Assembly (NCBI GenBank): GCA_001949185.1
Contig: BDGG01000002.1
Span: 7,616,448-7,680,447, forward strand
Direction of reading: 5' to 3'
DNA: 64,000 nucleotides
Origin: Ramazzottius varieornatus
Lineage: Eukaryota; Animalia; Tardigrada
Below the pieces are notes generated by a model, which saw only the letters and a program-made list of their open reading frames with translations, searched no databases and had not been told where the DNA came from. Numbering within the stretch: position 1 is the stretch's first letter; each line of letters opens with the position of its first letter. A program made the position numbers and the translations under genes. Positions 1 to 12,148 of the stretch are shown one piece after another.

Positions 1-3000
1 GAACCGGAAGTGCTGGTCGGAACAACCTGTGGCAAAAACTCAATCATATTGAAATCCGACTGGATGTCACTTTGACGACGTGGAAGGAATGCTTACGTGT
101 TCGACAAGGTTATTCGAAGAGTTGAAAAGTCGATGTTGGGGCTGAAGCGAGCTCGAATGGTTCCTGCTACTTGTGGACCGACATTTGCCTGACCGTTACA
201 CTGCGTCACCCTGCAAAGCACATCATCGTCAAACCAAGTCGAACTTACTATTAATGGCCGTACAGTACTGCGGTACCTGAAAGACGTGTCGCCGATGAAA
301 GACACGCTTGCCGGACTTCCACCCGGTCCCGAAGGTGGCGTTACATCCCGGATGGTCGCCGGCGAGACTGTACTCGCTGCTGACGAAGCACTGCAGCTCT
401 TCAAGTACGCCGGAGTTAAGAATACCACGACGGTGAGGTTGCCTTGCACCACCGCAGTCGTCGCACCATTGCTCACAGCCCGAACGGTCATAATCTCTTG
501 CATGGGACTGGTCGTCGGGCAGTAGCCACTCTTCAACGTCACCACTCCGCTGCTGGGGTCCACCGTGAAGGACGGACTGCCACTCAAGACAAACTGTACC
601 GAAGCGCCATCCGCAGCACTCAAGGATCCGACTTGCGTAGCTTGTCCGGCATAGTTTGGCACGAAGAAGGACCAATTCATGGTAGAAGACGCCGTTGGGG
701 TGTCGTCGGAAGCGAAAGACGCGGGTGCCGGAAATGGAGTTCGGATCACGGGGGCGCCACCGCCGATCGTTCCACCGATAGTGCCAATAGGAAGGGTAGG
801 TTGGGAAGGAGTTACCTGAAGTGGTGCAGACTGAGACGAGACCGACACTAGAGACCCTGATGGAGCAGGAAGACAAACCAAGGGAGCAGAAGGAGCCGGA
901 GCAGCGAAGCCACCATACGAAGAGCCGGCCGAAACCAAGTTGCCGTTCGTAGGTGAGCTGGATGCGTACCCGTCACTATAGTAAGCGGGAGACGATACTA
1001 GGTTGCTGCTGGAACTACCACCGTAACTTCCCCCGGTTGGATAAGGTGCTGGCGTCGCCACAAGATTACTCGACGAAGAGCTACCGTACGTATTTCCGGA
1101 CGAAACGAGGTTAGAGCTGGAACCGTAAGAGCTACCATAGGGCGCCGGAGTGGCCACCAAGTTGCTGCTAGAACTGCCACCGTAATTTCCTCCGGTTGAG
1201 TAAGGTGCTGGAGTGACGACCAGATTACCAGATGAAGGACCACCGTACGAATTACCAGCTGAAGCGACCAAATTGGAGCTGGGACCGTAGTTACCACCAT
1301 AAGGTACAGAAGTGGCTACCAGGTTGCTGCTAGAAGTGCCGCCGTAACTTCCACCGGTTGAGTAAGGTGCCGGAGTGGCGACTAGGTTTGCAGAAGAGGA
1401 ACTTCCATATGAGCTACCACTGGAAGACACCAGGTTGGAGCTTGTGCCATAGTTGGCAATATACGGTGCAGGTGTCGCCACGAAGTTGCTGCTGGAACTA
1501 CCACCGTAGCTACCGAAAGAGACAGGGGCTGGAGCAGCGAGCAGGTTTCCCGAACTACTTCCGTAGCTGCTACTGCCACTGTACGATGCAGGGGCAGGCG
1601 TAGCTACGAGGTTTCCGCTGGATACGCTTCCGTAACCACCACCGTTGTAGGGAGCAGGTGTCGCGACCAGGTTGCTGGACGAACCGCCGCTGTAACTTCC
1701 GCCTGTCGAGTAAGGTGCTGGCGTAGCGACGAGATTGCTTGAAGAACTGCCGTAGGAGTTGCTGGCGTATGGAGTCGGTGTCGCCGCGAGGTTACTTGAA
1801 CTGCTACCAGCTACAAAAATAAAGATGACTATTCCCGCACTGATATCTATTGCTGGAGCAGACCCACCATTACCGTAGCTTCCTCCTATGGGATAAGGAG
1901 CTGGTGTAGCGACCAGATTGCTGGAACTTCCGGAGCTTCCGCCATTGTTGTACGACACCGGAGCAGGGGTGGCCACCAGGTTCCCGCTTGAAGGACTACC
2001 GTACGAGTTGCTGTATGGAGCTGGTGTGGCCACAAGGTTGCTGGAACTACCACCGTAACTTCCACCTGTGGAATATGGTTCGGGTGCAGCAACCACATTG
2101 CTCGAGCTGCTTCCGTAGCTATTGCTCCCAGTGGAATACGGAGCCGGTGTTGCCACGAGGTTACTAGAGCTACTGCTGTAGCTGGAGCCTCCGCTTGAGT
2201 ACGGTGCTGGTGCGGCAACCAGATTTCCACTGGAACTTCCGCCATAGTTGTTTCCATTGCCGTATGCGATGAGCGGCGCTGCTGTCACGGAAGTCTTGGT
2301 AAAATCAATGCGGACATTCGTATTGCAAACCTGCAAACAAAGAACATTTTTTTACCTGATAGGCCAAATGAAACGTCGGCAAATGATTCCGCCCAGACTG
2401 ATTCTCAAGTGGCGCGCACGTTTCTATTGTCAATTTTTAAGCGCGGGCACGACTTTGGTGGCTGATCTGGGTGGATTCTCAATCATTGGGGGATGGGCGT
2501 ATGTATACTTGGTTTTGTGTGTTGGAAGCTTGGACAGTAAACTCAATCGCGTCCGCAAAGTTAACCAAGTTGGAGGCAACGGATATTTGTCCAGTCTGCG
2601 AGTCGATGACGAAGCTACCCATTACGGGATCGATAATCTGGTACTGGACTGGAAGACCTTGAGGGTCCACAGCCAGAATTCTCCGGACCACGGTACCAAC
2701 TGGCGTGCTGTCCGGCATGGTTGTGTTGAAGGTGTTGATACTGCACACCGGTGCTCGAACCGGAGCCGGTGTCGCCACCAGCGAAGCCGAAGAACTTCCA
2801 TACGACGATCCACCTACACCAAACAAAATGCCGATAATATTATTCTTTTTGAACAAAAGAACGTCGAGCAATCGCGTGTGGCAAAATAAAATTTCTCAGA
2901 AAGGATGGAAAACAAACCTGTTGCGACAAGGGCGCTGTTGGATGGGCCATACGAAGCGGAGTAAGAATAGGATTGCTGAGTGGGTGCTGATGTGACCGAG

Positions 3001-3812
3001 ACAACCTGTTGGACGATTTGTGCCGAGGTTGCTGGCGCAGCAGGTCCATAGTTTGTCAGGGAAGAACTCTGGCTTTGACTGGAATAGCTGTTGAAGCCAC
3101 CGTATGATGTGGCGCCTCCTGATGAGTAGATGGGGGCAGGAGCTGCTGTCAAGGCGCCGTTGGTCGAGCCGTAAGAACTGACCAGTTGACCAGCAGCCGG
3201 GCTGGAGAAGGCGCTGGTGTTGAAGATGAGGACGTTGTTCAGGTTGTTATTGGCGTTGCTTGAGGAACCGGGATACTGCTGGTAAACAGAATACCCGTAT
3301 GGTGCAGAAGTCAGGGTTCCGGAAGTGGGAGAGGAATAACTGTTGCTGTATTGTGTGTACTGGGAAGAAGGCGCGGAGTACTGCCTGTACGCGGCTGGCT
3401 TACGAAGTACCGCAGGTGGGTTGACAAGTCCGAATCCACTAGCTTGAACTTGAAACATCGGGGAACCATCTTCAGCGGCCTGCAAAGACTTGAACGTTAA
3501 GAACGCTGATGGGACATTGTCGAATGAATTCGCCCAGATCGTTTCACTGAGTGGCGCACGTCCTCAGCCAATAACAACGATAGCATGCGCCACTTAAGAT
3601 GACGATCTGCGTCAGATCCTTCTGCGACGTCCCAAGAGGATAATTCTGGTTTCGACACAGATGCCAGAATTGTGCTGGATGAATTTACTCTCATCTGAAT
3701 GATTCTTAATTAGTACCTGCGCAATGAGGACTTCGGAGAAAGCGACTAGGAAAGTGGGGAATATTCCGATGGGGATCCGTAATGAGAAAGCACAGACAGC
3801 GAACCTCCACAT
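1..3812 (-). CDS. Secreted/extracellular cadherin-domain protein with a long Ser/Gly/Tyr/Pro tandem-repeat region (multi-exon, runs off the left edge)
   Basis: Cadherin-like segments in ORF 2479..2871 (PDSTPVGTVVRRILAVDPQG..VQYQI...FVIDSQTGQI) and ORF 93..2336 (QVGSLSAADG..VQFVL..FTVDPSSGVV); many SSSNLVATPAPY repeats; hydrophobic putative first exon 3717-3812 followed by a GT donor. Confidence 0.7.
950..2260 (-). repeat. Coding tandem repeat, ~20-aa unit GGSSSSNLVATPAPYSTGGSY
   Basis: More than 15 degenerate units visible in the translation of ORF 93..2336. Confidence 0.9.
2409..2453. repeat. Palindromic family A core (degenerate), intron of the cadherin-like gene
   Basis: CTCAAGTGGCGCGCAC-N25-GGGCACGACTTTG...GATCTGG. 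Confidence 0.6.
3551..3593. repeat. Palindromic family A core, intron of the cadherin-like gene
   Basis: GTGGCGCAC-N25-ATGCGCCAC with CAGATCGT/ACGATCTG outer arms. Confidence 0.85.
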
Positions 3813-4721
3813 GATGGACAGTAGACAAAGTTGTCAGGGTCAACAATGAAATGTCGGTCGGAGTGCGGAGGAATGTTCGTTAGGTATTAATGAAGGTAAA
3901 GACAAAGGGAAGAACTCGGGTACGGACGCGCGCACGAGGAACAACCCGACCGGCAGGCGTCCTTTGTTGCTGTTGCTTCCCTAAAAGGCCGCACTCTACG
4001 TTCGTACAACTACTGTCAAGCCATGCGAGAGGTAGCAATGTCGACACCGGAAGCTTAAATAACGCTTTAACGCGGTATCTGCTCGCGTTGATATTGGCAT
4101 TCATACTCAAACAAACATGGCATCTCGACACCGGGAGCTCCGTAATCGAGCCGGATATTCACACACACAGCCCGCCATTCGTCATCGCCAGACGCGCGTA
4201 CTTTCCTCCCCATTGTTTCTTTTCAACAAAAGCCACTCCGCACAATCTGATGAGCTTTGAGAAAAACTATCTAAATCCTGTGGTTGTTGAATAGAATGAC
4301 GGCCAGCTAAACCTTAGCTCAGTAGCCAAGTCGGCGGAAGTTGGTCCTCGCGATCAACATAGTGACTCACCCGCATTGTCCCAATCCCTACAAACGTACT
4401 TCGTTAAGATACTAACTCAAACTTCTCGTACAAATTTTTAAACAAAGTATTGTAGCTCTGCCTCATGGAACGTCTGCTTCATTTTATGGATGGAAAGGAA
4501 CAAGCATTACGCAGTTAGCGATTAGTCGCAAAATAATCTACAAGCTATTATGGCTAGTCAGCATTTATTAGATGATAACCGCAGAACGATACTCGACAAT
4601 CTAAAATGAAACATACCAATGCGCAGATGAAACATAGAGACAAAAATTAATAGCCACGGCGTTTTACCTCCGTTGTTTTGAAGTCTTTGGGCGGCGGAAT
4701 ACTTGCGAAAGTAAGAAGACC

Positions 4722-5622
4722 TCATCGATTCGCGAACGTGATATTTAGTGGATTGGTTGGCGTAATTTTGAAACCTGCAAAGAGCAGTGTGAATAGTCGA
4801 GAGTTGCTGGAACGAGTGAAGGTTGATCGCGTACGGAAAGAAGGCTTACCGTTAAGGGAATCTCGTGCAGCAGCAGCTGATGCTTCGTGGTCAAACTCCA
4901 CGAACGCAATGTCGTTCCGTCCCGGTACCAACCGCACTTCTTTGAAGCCACTGTGCTGACTGAAAAGGGAGGAGATCATTTCCGTGTCTTCGGTGTAGGA
5001 CGGCGGAAGGTCTGTCAGGAAAAGAATTCTGTTTGGTGCAGCTTCTGCGTCGCCGTTAGTTATGGACGACGACTCAGCGAACGACGCTGCAAAATGCTCC
5101 ATTCCGTTAACAGCTTCGTCCCCAGTCTTTTTCTTCTTCTTTGCAGCAGCGTCCTTATTCCCCGCGTCTGGTTTCCTCATCTTGAAGGTTCCCTTCATCT
5201 TTTGCGTTGCTTCCGATTCAGTCTGCAAACACAGATGAAAGCTATGTATGGATAAAATGCCGATCAATCAAGTAAACAACCAACCAGAGCAAAGTCAATC
5301 TTCATGTTCTTGTTGTAGAATGGTGTGCCTTGAAGGGAACGTAATGCGGCTGTTGCATGGCCAATGTCCTTAAAGACAATAAACGCCTGACCACGCATCT
5401 TAATGGTTTTTAAAGCGACGATATCTGCACAGATGAAACATAAAGCAATCATGGACAATCGTAATTCAAGGCTGAACCGGCCTCCATTTTGCATATATAA
5501 TGTGACTTACCTAGAACTGACCCGAACTGCGAGAAGAGGTGATACAGCGACTTCTTCAGCTCCTCTTTTTTCACCTTCTCGTTCAGGTTGTTAACGTACA
5601 AGGTACTGTTGGGTTGTGCCAT
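4722..5622 (-). CDS. snf: U2 snRNP B''/U1A family two-RRM protein (SNF-like), multi-exon
   Basis: [32 protein letters not shown]; [18 protein letters not shown] (SNF/U2B''-type loop); second RRM PNRILFL...[19 protein letters not shown]...[14 protein letters not shown]. Confidence 0.93.
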
Positions 5623-5907
5623 CTTGGGGAGCAAGAGTCGACGCGGAGAAAATGAGACGATCGGATAAATTATTTTTTCGAGGAAAACGCATAAGAGAAA
5701 TGTGGGGGTATGGCCCACCAGAACTATTCATGACGACACGACGGTTCTGGATCGATCAATCAAGACTTTGGCCGTGTTGATCAATCAAGCAACACCGATC
5801 CGCTATTTTTCTTTCGGGGTTTTCACTTTTGTTCGAAAATCGAAACTCCACCTTCCTAGCGATTACTCTTGTGCTTCTTTTCAAGTGGGAACCCATCTCC
5901 GGCAAGG

Positions 5908-7449
5908 ATGGCTCGACGAAGGAACCGGGACCCTAGTTCAGAAGAAGCGAGTGAAGATGACCAAGACACCCCGATGGAGGTTGACGAGAAAGCACCTCAG
6001 ACAACGATTTTGTTTCGTGATAGCGAGCTGTCCATGTTAGAGACGCTGTTCAGCTCCGCATCGCTGAGAACTGCAGTATTCGTCAACGGCGGGAGAGGAT
6101 GCGGGAAATCAAGCATTTTGCATCAAGTAACTTGCCGATGCAAGGATCCGGTCGTTTATGTTAATTGTCGATTCCATGAAACAGAAGCGCAGCTGACGGC
6201 GGACATCTACGCAAAGCTATCGTCTTTCCCCTCGCTGGCGCCTAATTTCAACAAAGCATCGCCGTGGAAGAAAGTCCCAGACATGCAGCGGAGTCTCAAG
6301 CAGTGGCCTGCAGTTTCTTTGGTCGTTGTTTTAGACGGGATAGAGTGCGTGGCGAAAGCGACCGATTTCCTACCTGGGCTGATACATCCGTCGTCCACTT
6401 CACCTGTTGCTCTTCGTTTAGTCCTTGTCAGCCGACATCCATGGCAGAGCTTCATGTTCGCGAACAGCAAAATGCCCGAAGTGATCGAAATCCCTCTGCG
6501 AAGTTATACGAAAGACGAGCTAGTACAGCTTGTCCTCCAGGTACGGGCCGTTATGTGAACTCGCTTCCAGTTCCGGTCGCGCATTATGTCATCATTAGTA
6601 CCGCAGATGTCGCTACGCAGCAAAGCTTTTCTGACGGCATGCGCGACGGGAAGTGGACAGTAGGCGATACACCGTTAGGTCGACTGTTAAATGTGCAACA
6701 ATCTCTTTGCACGTGAGAATAAAACTTAGTGGTTGTTTCCCAACGTCCGGTAGATTTTCGATATGGAAGAAGCGGACAACGAAGAAAAAGAACTGCTCAA
6801 GAGCTTTTCTACGCTAATCGTTCAGACATACTTCCCCATCACCAAAGACGTCCGAGAATTTCGAGCTCATGCCCAGCGCCACTTCCCCCGCTTCACCTCC
6901 CCCATAACGGAGGGTACAGCAAAGGCTAATCAGTCGAACATTCTTTACCAGAAGTTCCTTCCTGTGATAACGGCAGAACTCCGTTCGAATCCCGCTGACC
7001 AAGCTAAAAGCTCCTCCATGGCGGAAAGCATGCCATTGCTCATGCGATACCTTCTTGTCGCATGCTACCTGTGTTCCTTCAACCCAAGCAAAGCAGACGC
7101 TAGAATGGTGTCCAAACGTCACGAGAAAGTGCGGAAGGAAACTGGGCCTTCTGCGAGGAAGAAAGCCAAAGATAAACGGCTGACGGTGTTGGGTCCGCAG
7201 AACTTCAGCCTGGAAAGACTTTGCAGTAACTTCTTTTCGCTTACTGCGGAGCTGGAAATTAAATTCACCATGGGGCAGATTCTCTCCGGCTTGAGGACCT
7301 TATGTGGTTTGCAGCTGATATTGAGGGTCAGTGCTGAGGAGAACATAAATTTTCCAAAGTTTAGGTGTATCTGTGAGAAGAGTCGAGCAGTGCAAGCAGC
7401 GACATCTCTCGGGCTGGAACTAAATCGTTATCTAATTGATTTGGTTTGA
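5908..7449 (+). CDS. ORC5: Origin recognition complex subunit 5 (2 exons: 5908-6540, 6754-7449)
   Basis: AAA+ Walker A GGRGCGKS; C-terminal ORC5 signature YLLVACYLCSFNPSKADARM...LGPQNFSLERL...LRTLCGLQLI..PKFRC; GT donor at 6541, AG acceptor ending at 6753. Confidence 0.9.
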
Positions 7450-7533
7450 TTTATGCTTGCCCCGCTGGTTTTTTGTATTGCCATCATAAAACGCCAGGCC
7501 TTCCGCTCAGTAAAACTCTAACGAGTGGATCTG

Positions 7534-8275
7534 CTGACGAGGGGATTATGCCTGTCCTCCGCCTTCCCGAAATATTCTGGTATGATAGAATGGTAGAGAA
7601 GAGTCTGCTCCATCATCTGAAACTGGCGTAGACTGCCGAATGAAATCCTGGAAGCCTATACAGGAACCGGAAGTGACGTCAAAATCTGGGCGGTACATAG
7701 TTAGTCAATCAAGCGGTTTGATTTCCATGTGGTTGATTCGTTGCTGATTGACAGAGCTACATCGTGCTTCAGCATGCAAGCTCATCACTTCTGTTATTGA
7801 GAATCCCTTTCTCCTCTTCTTCTCCTTCCGATAGCACCATGGATCCAGTAACTACTGCAGTAACTACTGCAGTCGGACTACGAGCAACATTCTCAACTGA
7901 GCGACCCTCCGATCGAATCTGAGAACGTCCAGTGGCTGTATGTGGCCTGTGCCTTTGGACGGTATCGTATTTCCCGCCAGGTCGATCTGGACGTCTAAGT
8001 ACAAGATCAAGCCTGAGACATGCTTTAAAATAGCGATATAACGGTGAAAGTTTACAGTACCCTTGATGAATGTCTTTAACATTCTGTCAAATTCGCTCGG
8101 AGGGTCGCTCAGTTGAAAATGTTGCTCGTAGTCGGACTGCAGTAGTTTCAAAATGTTGAAGGGGTTAACTGGATCCATGGTGCTATCGGAAGAAGAAGAA
8201 GAGGAGAAAGGGATTCTCAATAGCAGAAGTGATTAGCTTGCATGCTAAAGCACGATGTAGCTCTGTCAATCAGCA
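7534..8275. repeat. Fold-back element, copy 1 (right arm cut by the N gap)
   Basis: Near-identical to 8531-9471; ~380-bp arm, ~185-bp loop, then the reverse-complement arm until the Ns. Confidence 0.85.
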
Positions 8276-8325
8276 NNNNNNNNNNNNNNNNNNNNNNNNN
8301 NNNNNNNNNNNNNNNNNNNNNNNNN
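8276..8325. other. Assembly gap (N run)
   Basis: Run of n characters. Confidence 0.99.
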
Positions 8326-8530
8326 TTTCGCCATTGTGCACGTGCTGAATGACAAAGAGATCCAGAAGAAGTCATCAGAATCAGATTCTATCCGGCTTCC
8401 TGCCGATGAAATCGGATGGGAACTGGGAAGGCTGGAAACTGTCTCGCCCCCGGCCTACGGCTCGCGGTGCGAACCATTCTTTTCTGCTGAAATTCGGCGA
8501 GGAACGGAAGAAGCGGGTTCAGACGACTTA

Positions 8531-9471
8531 CTGACGAGGGGATTATGCCTGTCCTCCGCCTTCCCGGAATATTCTGGTATGATAGAATGGTAGAGAAGAG
8601 TCTGCTCCATCATCTGAAACTGGCGTAGACTGCCGAATGAAATCCTGGAAGCCTATACAGGAACCGGAAGTGACGTCAAAATCTGGGCGGTACATAGTTA
8701 GTCAATCAAGCGGTTTGATTTCCATGTGGTTGATTCGTTGCTGATTGACAGAGCTACATCGTGCTTTAGCATGCAAGCTAATCACTTCTGCTATTGAGAA
8801 TCCCTTTCTCCTCTTCTTCTCCTTCCGATAGCACCATGGATCCAGTAACTACTGCAGTAACTACTGCAGTCGGACTACGAGCAACATTCTCAACTGAGCG
8901 ACCCTCCGATCGAATCTGAGAACGTCCAGTGGCTGTATGTGGCTTGTGCCTTTGAGCGGTATCGTATTTCCCGCCAGGTCGATCTGGACGTCTAAGTACA
9001 AGATCAAGCCTGAGACATGCTTTAAAATAGCGATATAACGGTGAAAGTTTACAGTACCCTTGATGAATGTCTTTAACATTCTGTCAAATTCGCTCGGAGG
9101 GTCGCTCAGTTGAGAATGTTGCTCGTAGTCCGACTGCAGTAGTTACTGCAGTAGTTACTGGATCCATGGTGCTATCGGAAGGAGAAGAAGAGGAGAAAGG
9201 GATTCTCAATAACAGAAGTGATGAGCTTGCATGCTGAAGCACGATGTAGCTCTGTCAATCAGCAACGAATCAACCACATGGAAATCAAACCGCTTGATTG
9301 ACTAACTATGTACCGCCCAGATTTTGACGTCACTTCCGGTTCCTGTATAGGCTTCCAGGATTTCATTCGGCAGTCTACGCCAGTTTCAGATGATGGAGCA
9401 GACTCTTCTCTACCATTCTATCATACCAGAATATTTCGGGAAGGCGAAGGACAGGCATAACCCCTCGTCAG
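8531..9471. repeat. Fold-back element, copy 2: ~380-bp inverted arms (8531-8909 / 9094-9471) around a ~185-bp loop
   Basis: Begins CTGACGAGGGG and ends CCCCTCGTCAG; arms are reverse complements with few mismatches; no clear TSD. Confidence 0.9.
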
Positions 9472-10192
9472 CCCTATCACCTTATTGAACACTGGGCTAT
9501 CACATAGGCGAGGATCACGGAGGAGTGGAAGTCGAGCGGGAAAGTGAGTAAGCGAAACAGTCTAGCTTATTATCAAGCCACATGTACATCGTTGTCACAC
9601 TCATTCTGTTGTGATCTAATCTAGTCTTATTCCTTCAGCAGCCAGCAGAATTTTAGAAAAGGTTTGTGGGTTCCAGCGTTGCCGAAGGTGAAAGAAGAGG
9701 CGGGGCGGGAGTAGTGAGAGAAGTGACGGGAGCGCTCTGACGACTTGCATTCCGGACACGTTTCGTGGACTTGGATAGGCTAATCAAGGCCTAATTACAA
9801 TACTCACCAGTCTCGGACAGTTTTACTCCATCCTCCGAAGTGGTTCCGCCGAGATTATTATTCGGAATGAGGACGGGCGAGGGATCTTGCCAAATGCGTG
9901 GCAGGTTAGATCGACCAACGAGGTAATGGTATTCTTGGAGTGAATCAACTTTACACTGTCTCAGTCTATCTGACATGTTTCCGGTTGAGAACTGGTCCTC
10001 TTCAGCTATTTTTCTATCTTTAGCTCCTGTTGACTTAAATCAGGATCGTACCAACACCTGACAGTTTACGCATATGCTCACAAGGCCAACCATATCACTT
10101 TTGGATCAACGCAACAGTATCGGACGATATCAGAGATCATTCCGAATGTGAAGCCTGATCAACAGGTGCCCGTGTTTTACTGAGGCGAAAAA

Positions 10193-11578
10193 ATGGCCCG
10201 ATCCTTTTTCGAGTCTGTTTCCCTGGCGGAAGTATGCGCACGTATATTCACCGGGATCGTTATTGTCGCACAATGCTGTCTGCTGGACTATTTCATAATC
10301 ACCGGTCAGCGAGTATGGTTCAGATATCATCAACAATCGTTGATTCTCATCAGTCGTGTTTCTTCCCCGTGTAGGTTCGAACATGTACAGCTTAGGCTGG
10401 ATCGCAGCAGACATCCTAACCCTCGCAGCCTACGTTTATTTCAACGTGAAAGCCATCAAGTATTTCGTGACCATGTACAGCATCGAACCATCACCCACCC
10501 CGAAGAAAGAGATTGGTCTCCTTCCCTACGCGTTCATGACTTGGCTCGTCTACAGCATCTTCCTGGTAGCCAAGGTCGCCGCCATGTTCAAGTCATTCGC
10601 CAGAGAACTCCCGGCCGAAGGCTGGATGGGCACTAACATGATGAAAGTGGCCGTCGGTCTTGCAGCTGCCATTTTCGCGCTGTTGATTGCTGGACACCAC
10701 AGGAGCAAAGCCAGCGAACGACACAAATTCTGCCTGAAGTGGATGCAGGTTCTTGACGCGCTTCTGCATTGTATGGTCCGTCCGGTGTCGCTGTTGACAG
10801 TAATACTTCTCTTTCCTCCGTAGACTCATGTTGTTTTTGAATTGCTGGACACGGTTGAGTTCCTGAGCATCTTATTCATCAATGAGGACCAACTTCTAGT
10901 ATCGTTCGACGTTGAAAATGTGATCATAGCATACGCGTGCATCAACTTGATAATGCCGACCGTAGCGCTCTTTCAGGTAAGAAAAGCCAGCTCTGACGAG
11001 CTTCAGACGCACATTTTGGTTAATAACATTCCAGAATTTGTCTCAGTATGTGGGAGCTCGGAAAATATACTCGCCGAGATTATTCTTTCAAGTGACGCGG
11101 ACCGTCAGGCACTAGTGATGAAAACGTGCGCCACTTGGGACCACTTTTGTGGGGTTTGTTCGCCGAGCTCCCAATTAATTTAGTACACATTTGTTTCTGT
11201 TTGCAGATGAGTAGTGTGAACTTCGCGCGGACCAAGCCAAAAGAGGACTTTACGTTGATCCAGACAACTCTCTCCACGGTACTCGTTAACATCCCGTACG
11301 TGGTTATCCGGATCTACCTATGGCACACCGAGAACTTCACTACAGCTCTGTTCCTTATGAAGAACTTCATAGCCATTGTCAGCAATTTCTGGGAATTAAG
11401 GATTCTCGTTAAGTGCTGTGGGAGAAGGATAAAGCCGGAAAAACCGGATTACAAAGACGACGCCACGGAGACTGCTGACGTCGAGATGGAACAACTTCGG
11501 CAAAGACCGGCAAGAATTGCGGCAAACGGAACTTCGCTAGAACCTAAACAGGAACCTGACTTCATTATCCATGTATGA
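10193..11578 (+). CDS. TMEM121/CECR6-like multipass membrane protein (multi-exon)
   Basis: GWIAADIL, GLLPYAFMTWLVYSIFLVAKVA, LDTVEFLSILF, INLIMPTVALF, VNIPYVVIRIYLWH..LFLMKN motifs typical of the TMEM121 family. Confidence 0.75.
11092..11134. repeat. Palindromic family A core, TMEM121-like intron
   Basis: GTGACGCGG-N25-GTGCGCCAC. Confidence 0.75.
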
Positions 11579-11691
11579 CGTCGTTTTATCGTTTGATTTC
11601 GTCACTGTACGTGTACGCATTATAACTTGAAATACTCGAAAAGTTTAGTGGACCAATTGTAAGCACGGCAAATGGAGGCGGGTTTTACCAA

Positions 11692-11734
11692 GTGGCGCAC
11701 AGCCGCAGCAAATAACAACGCTGATGTGCGCCAC
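11692..11734. repeat. Palindromic family A core, intergenic/3'
   Basis: GTGGCGCAC-N25-GTGCGCCAC. Confidence 0.85.
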
Positions 11735-12148
11735 TTTGGATTACGATATGCTTTACTGTTTGCCCACGTCCCAAGTGTTCGTATTCAAATTGTAAAGTTG
11801 TTGAGATTTGCTATGCGTTGCAGCTGCACCTGTTTTTTCTTGATACGTAGAGTTGTCTGAACGAAGCGTGTGATGCCTTGCAAAAAAATGGAGTTTCAAG
11901 TGGAAACGTGTTGTCAAAATTGCTGAATATCTCGGCTTGGCTCCTGCTGACCACAGTTTTTTGCATTGACAAGTGGCCGTCAATGCGAATTCCCTCGAAT
12001 CTGCATTGGCGACCACTTGACGAAAGGGAAATAGCAAATTGTTTCTCGAAGGCCTGGTAATCGTAACAAACTCTTGCGAGCTGGACGAATCCAGCAAAGG
12101 TCCACATTACCCACTCTGAGGAAACTGATCTTGTTTCTCCGGGATAAG

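Noticed and set aside
1812-1873. Apparent transmembrane stretch AIDISAGIVIFIFVA in the 747-aa ORF
   Set aside because: Lies between a GTAATG donor and a TTTATTTTTGTAG acceptor; most likely a stop-free intron.
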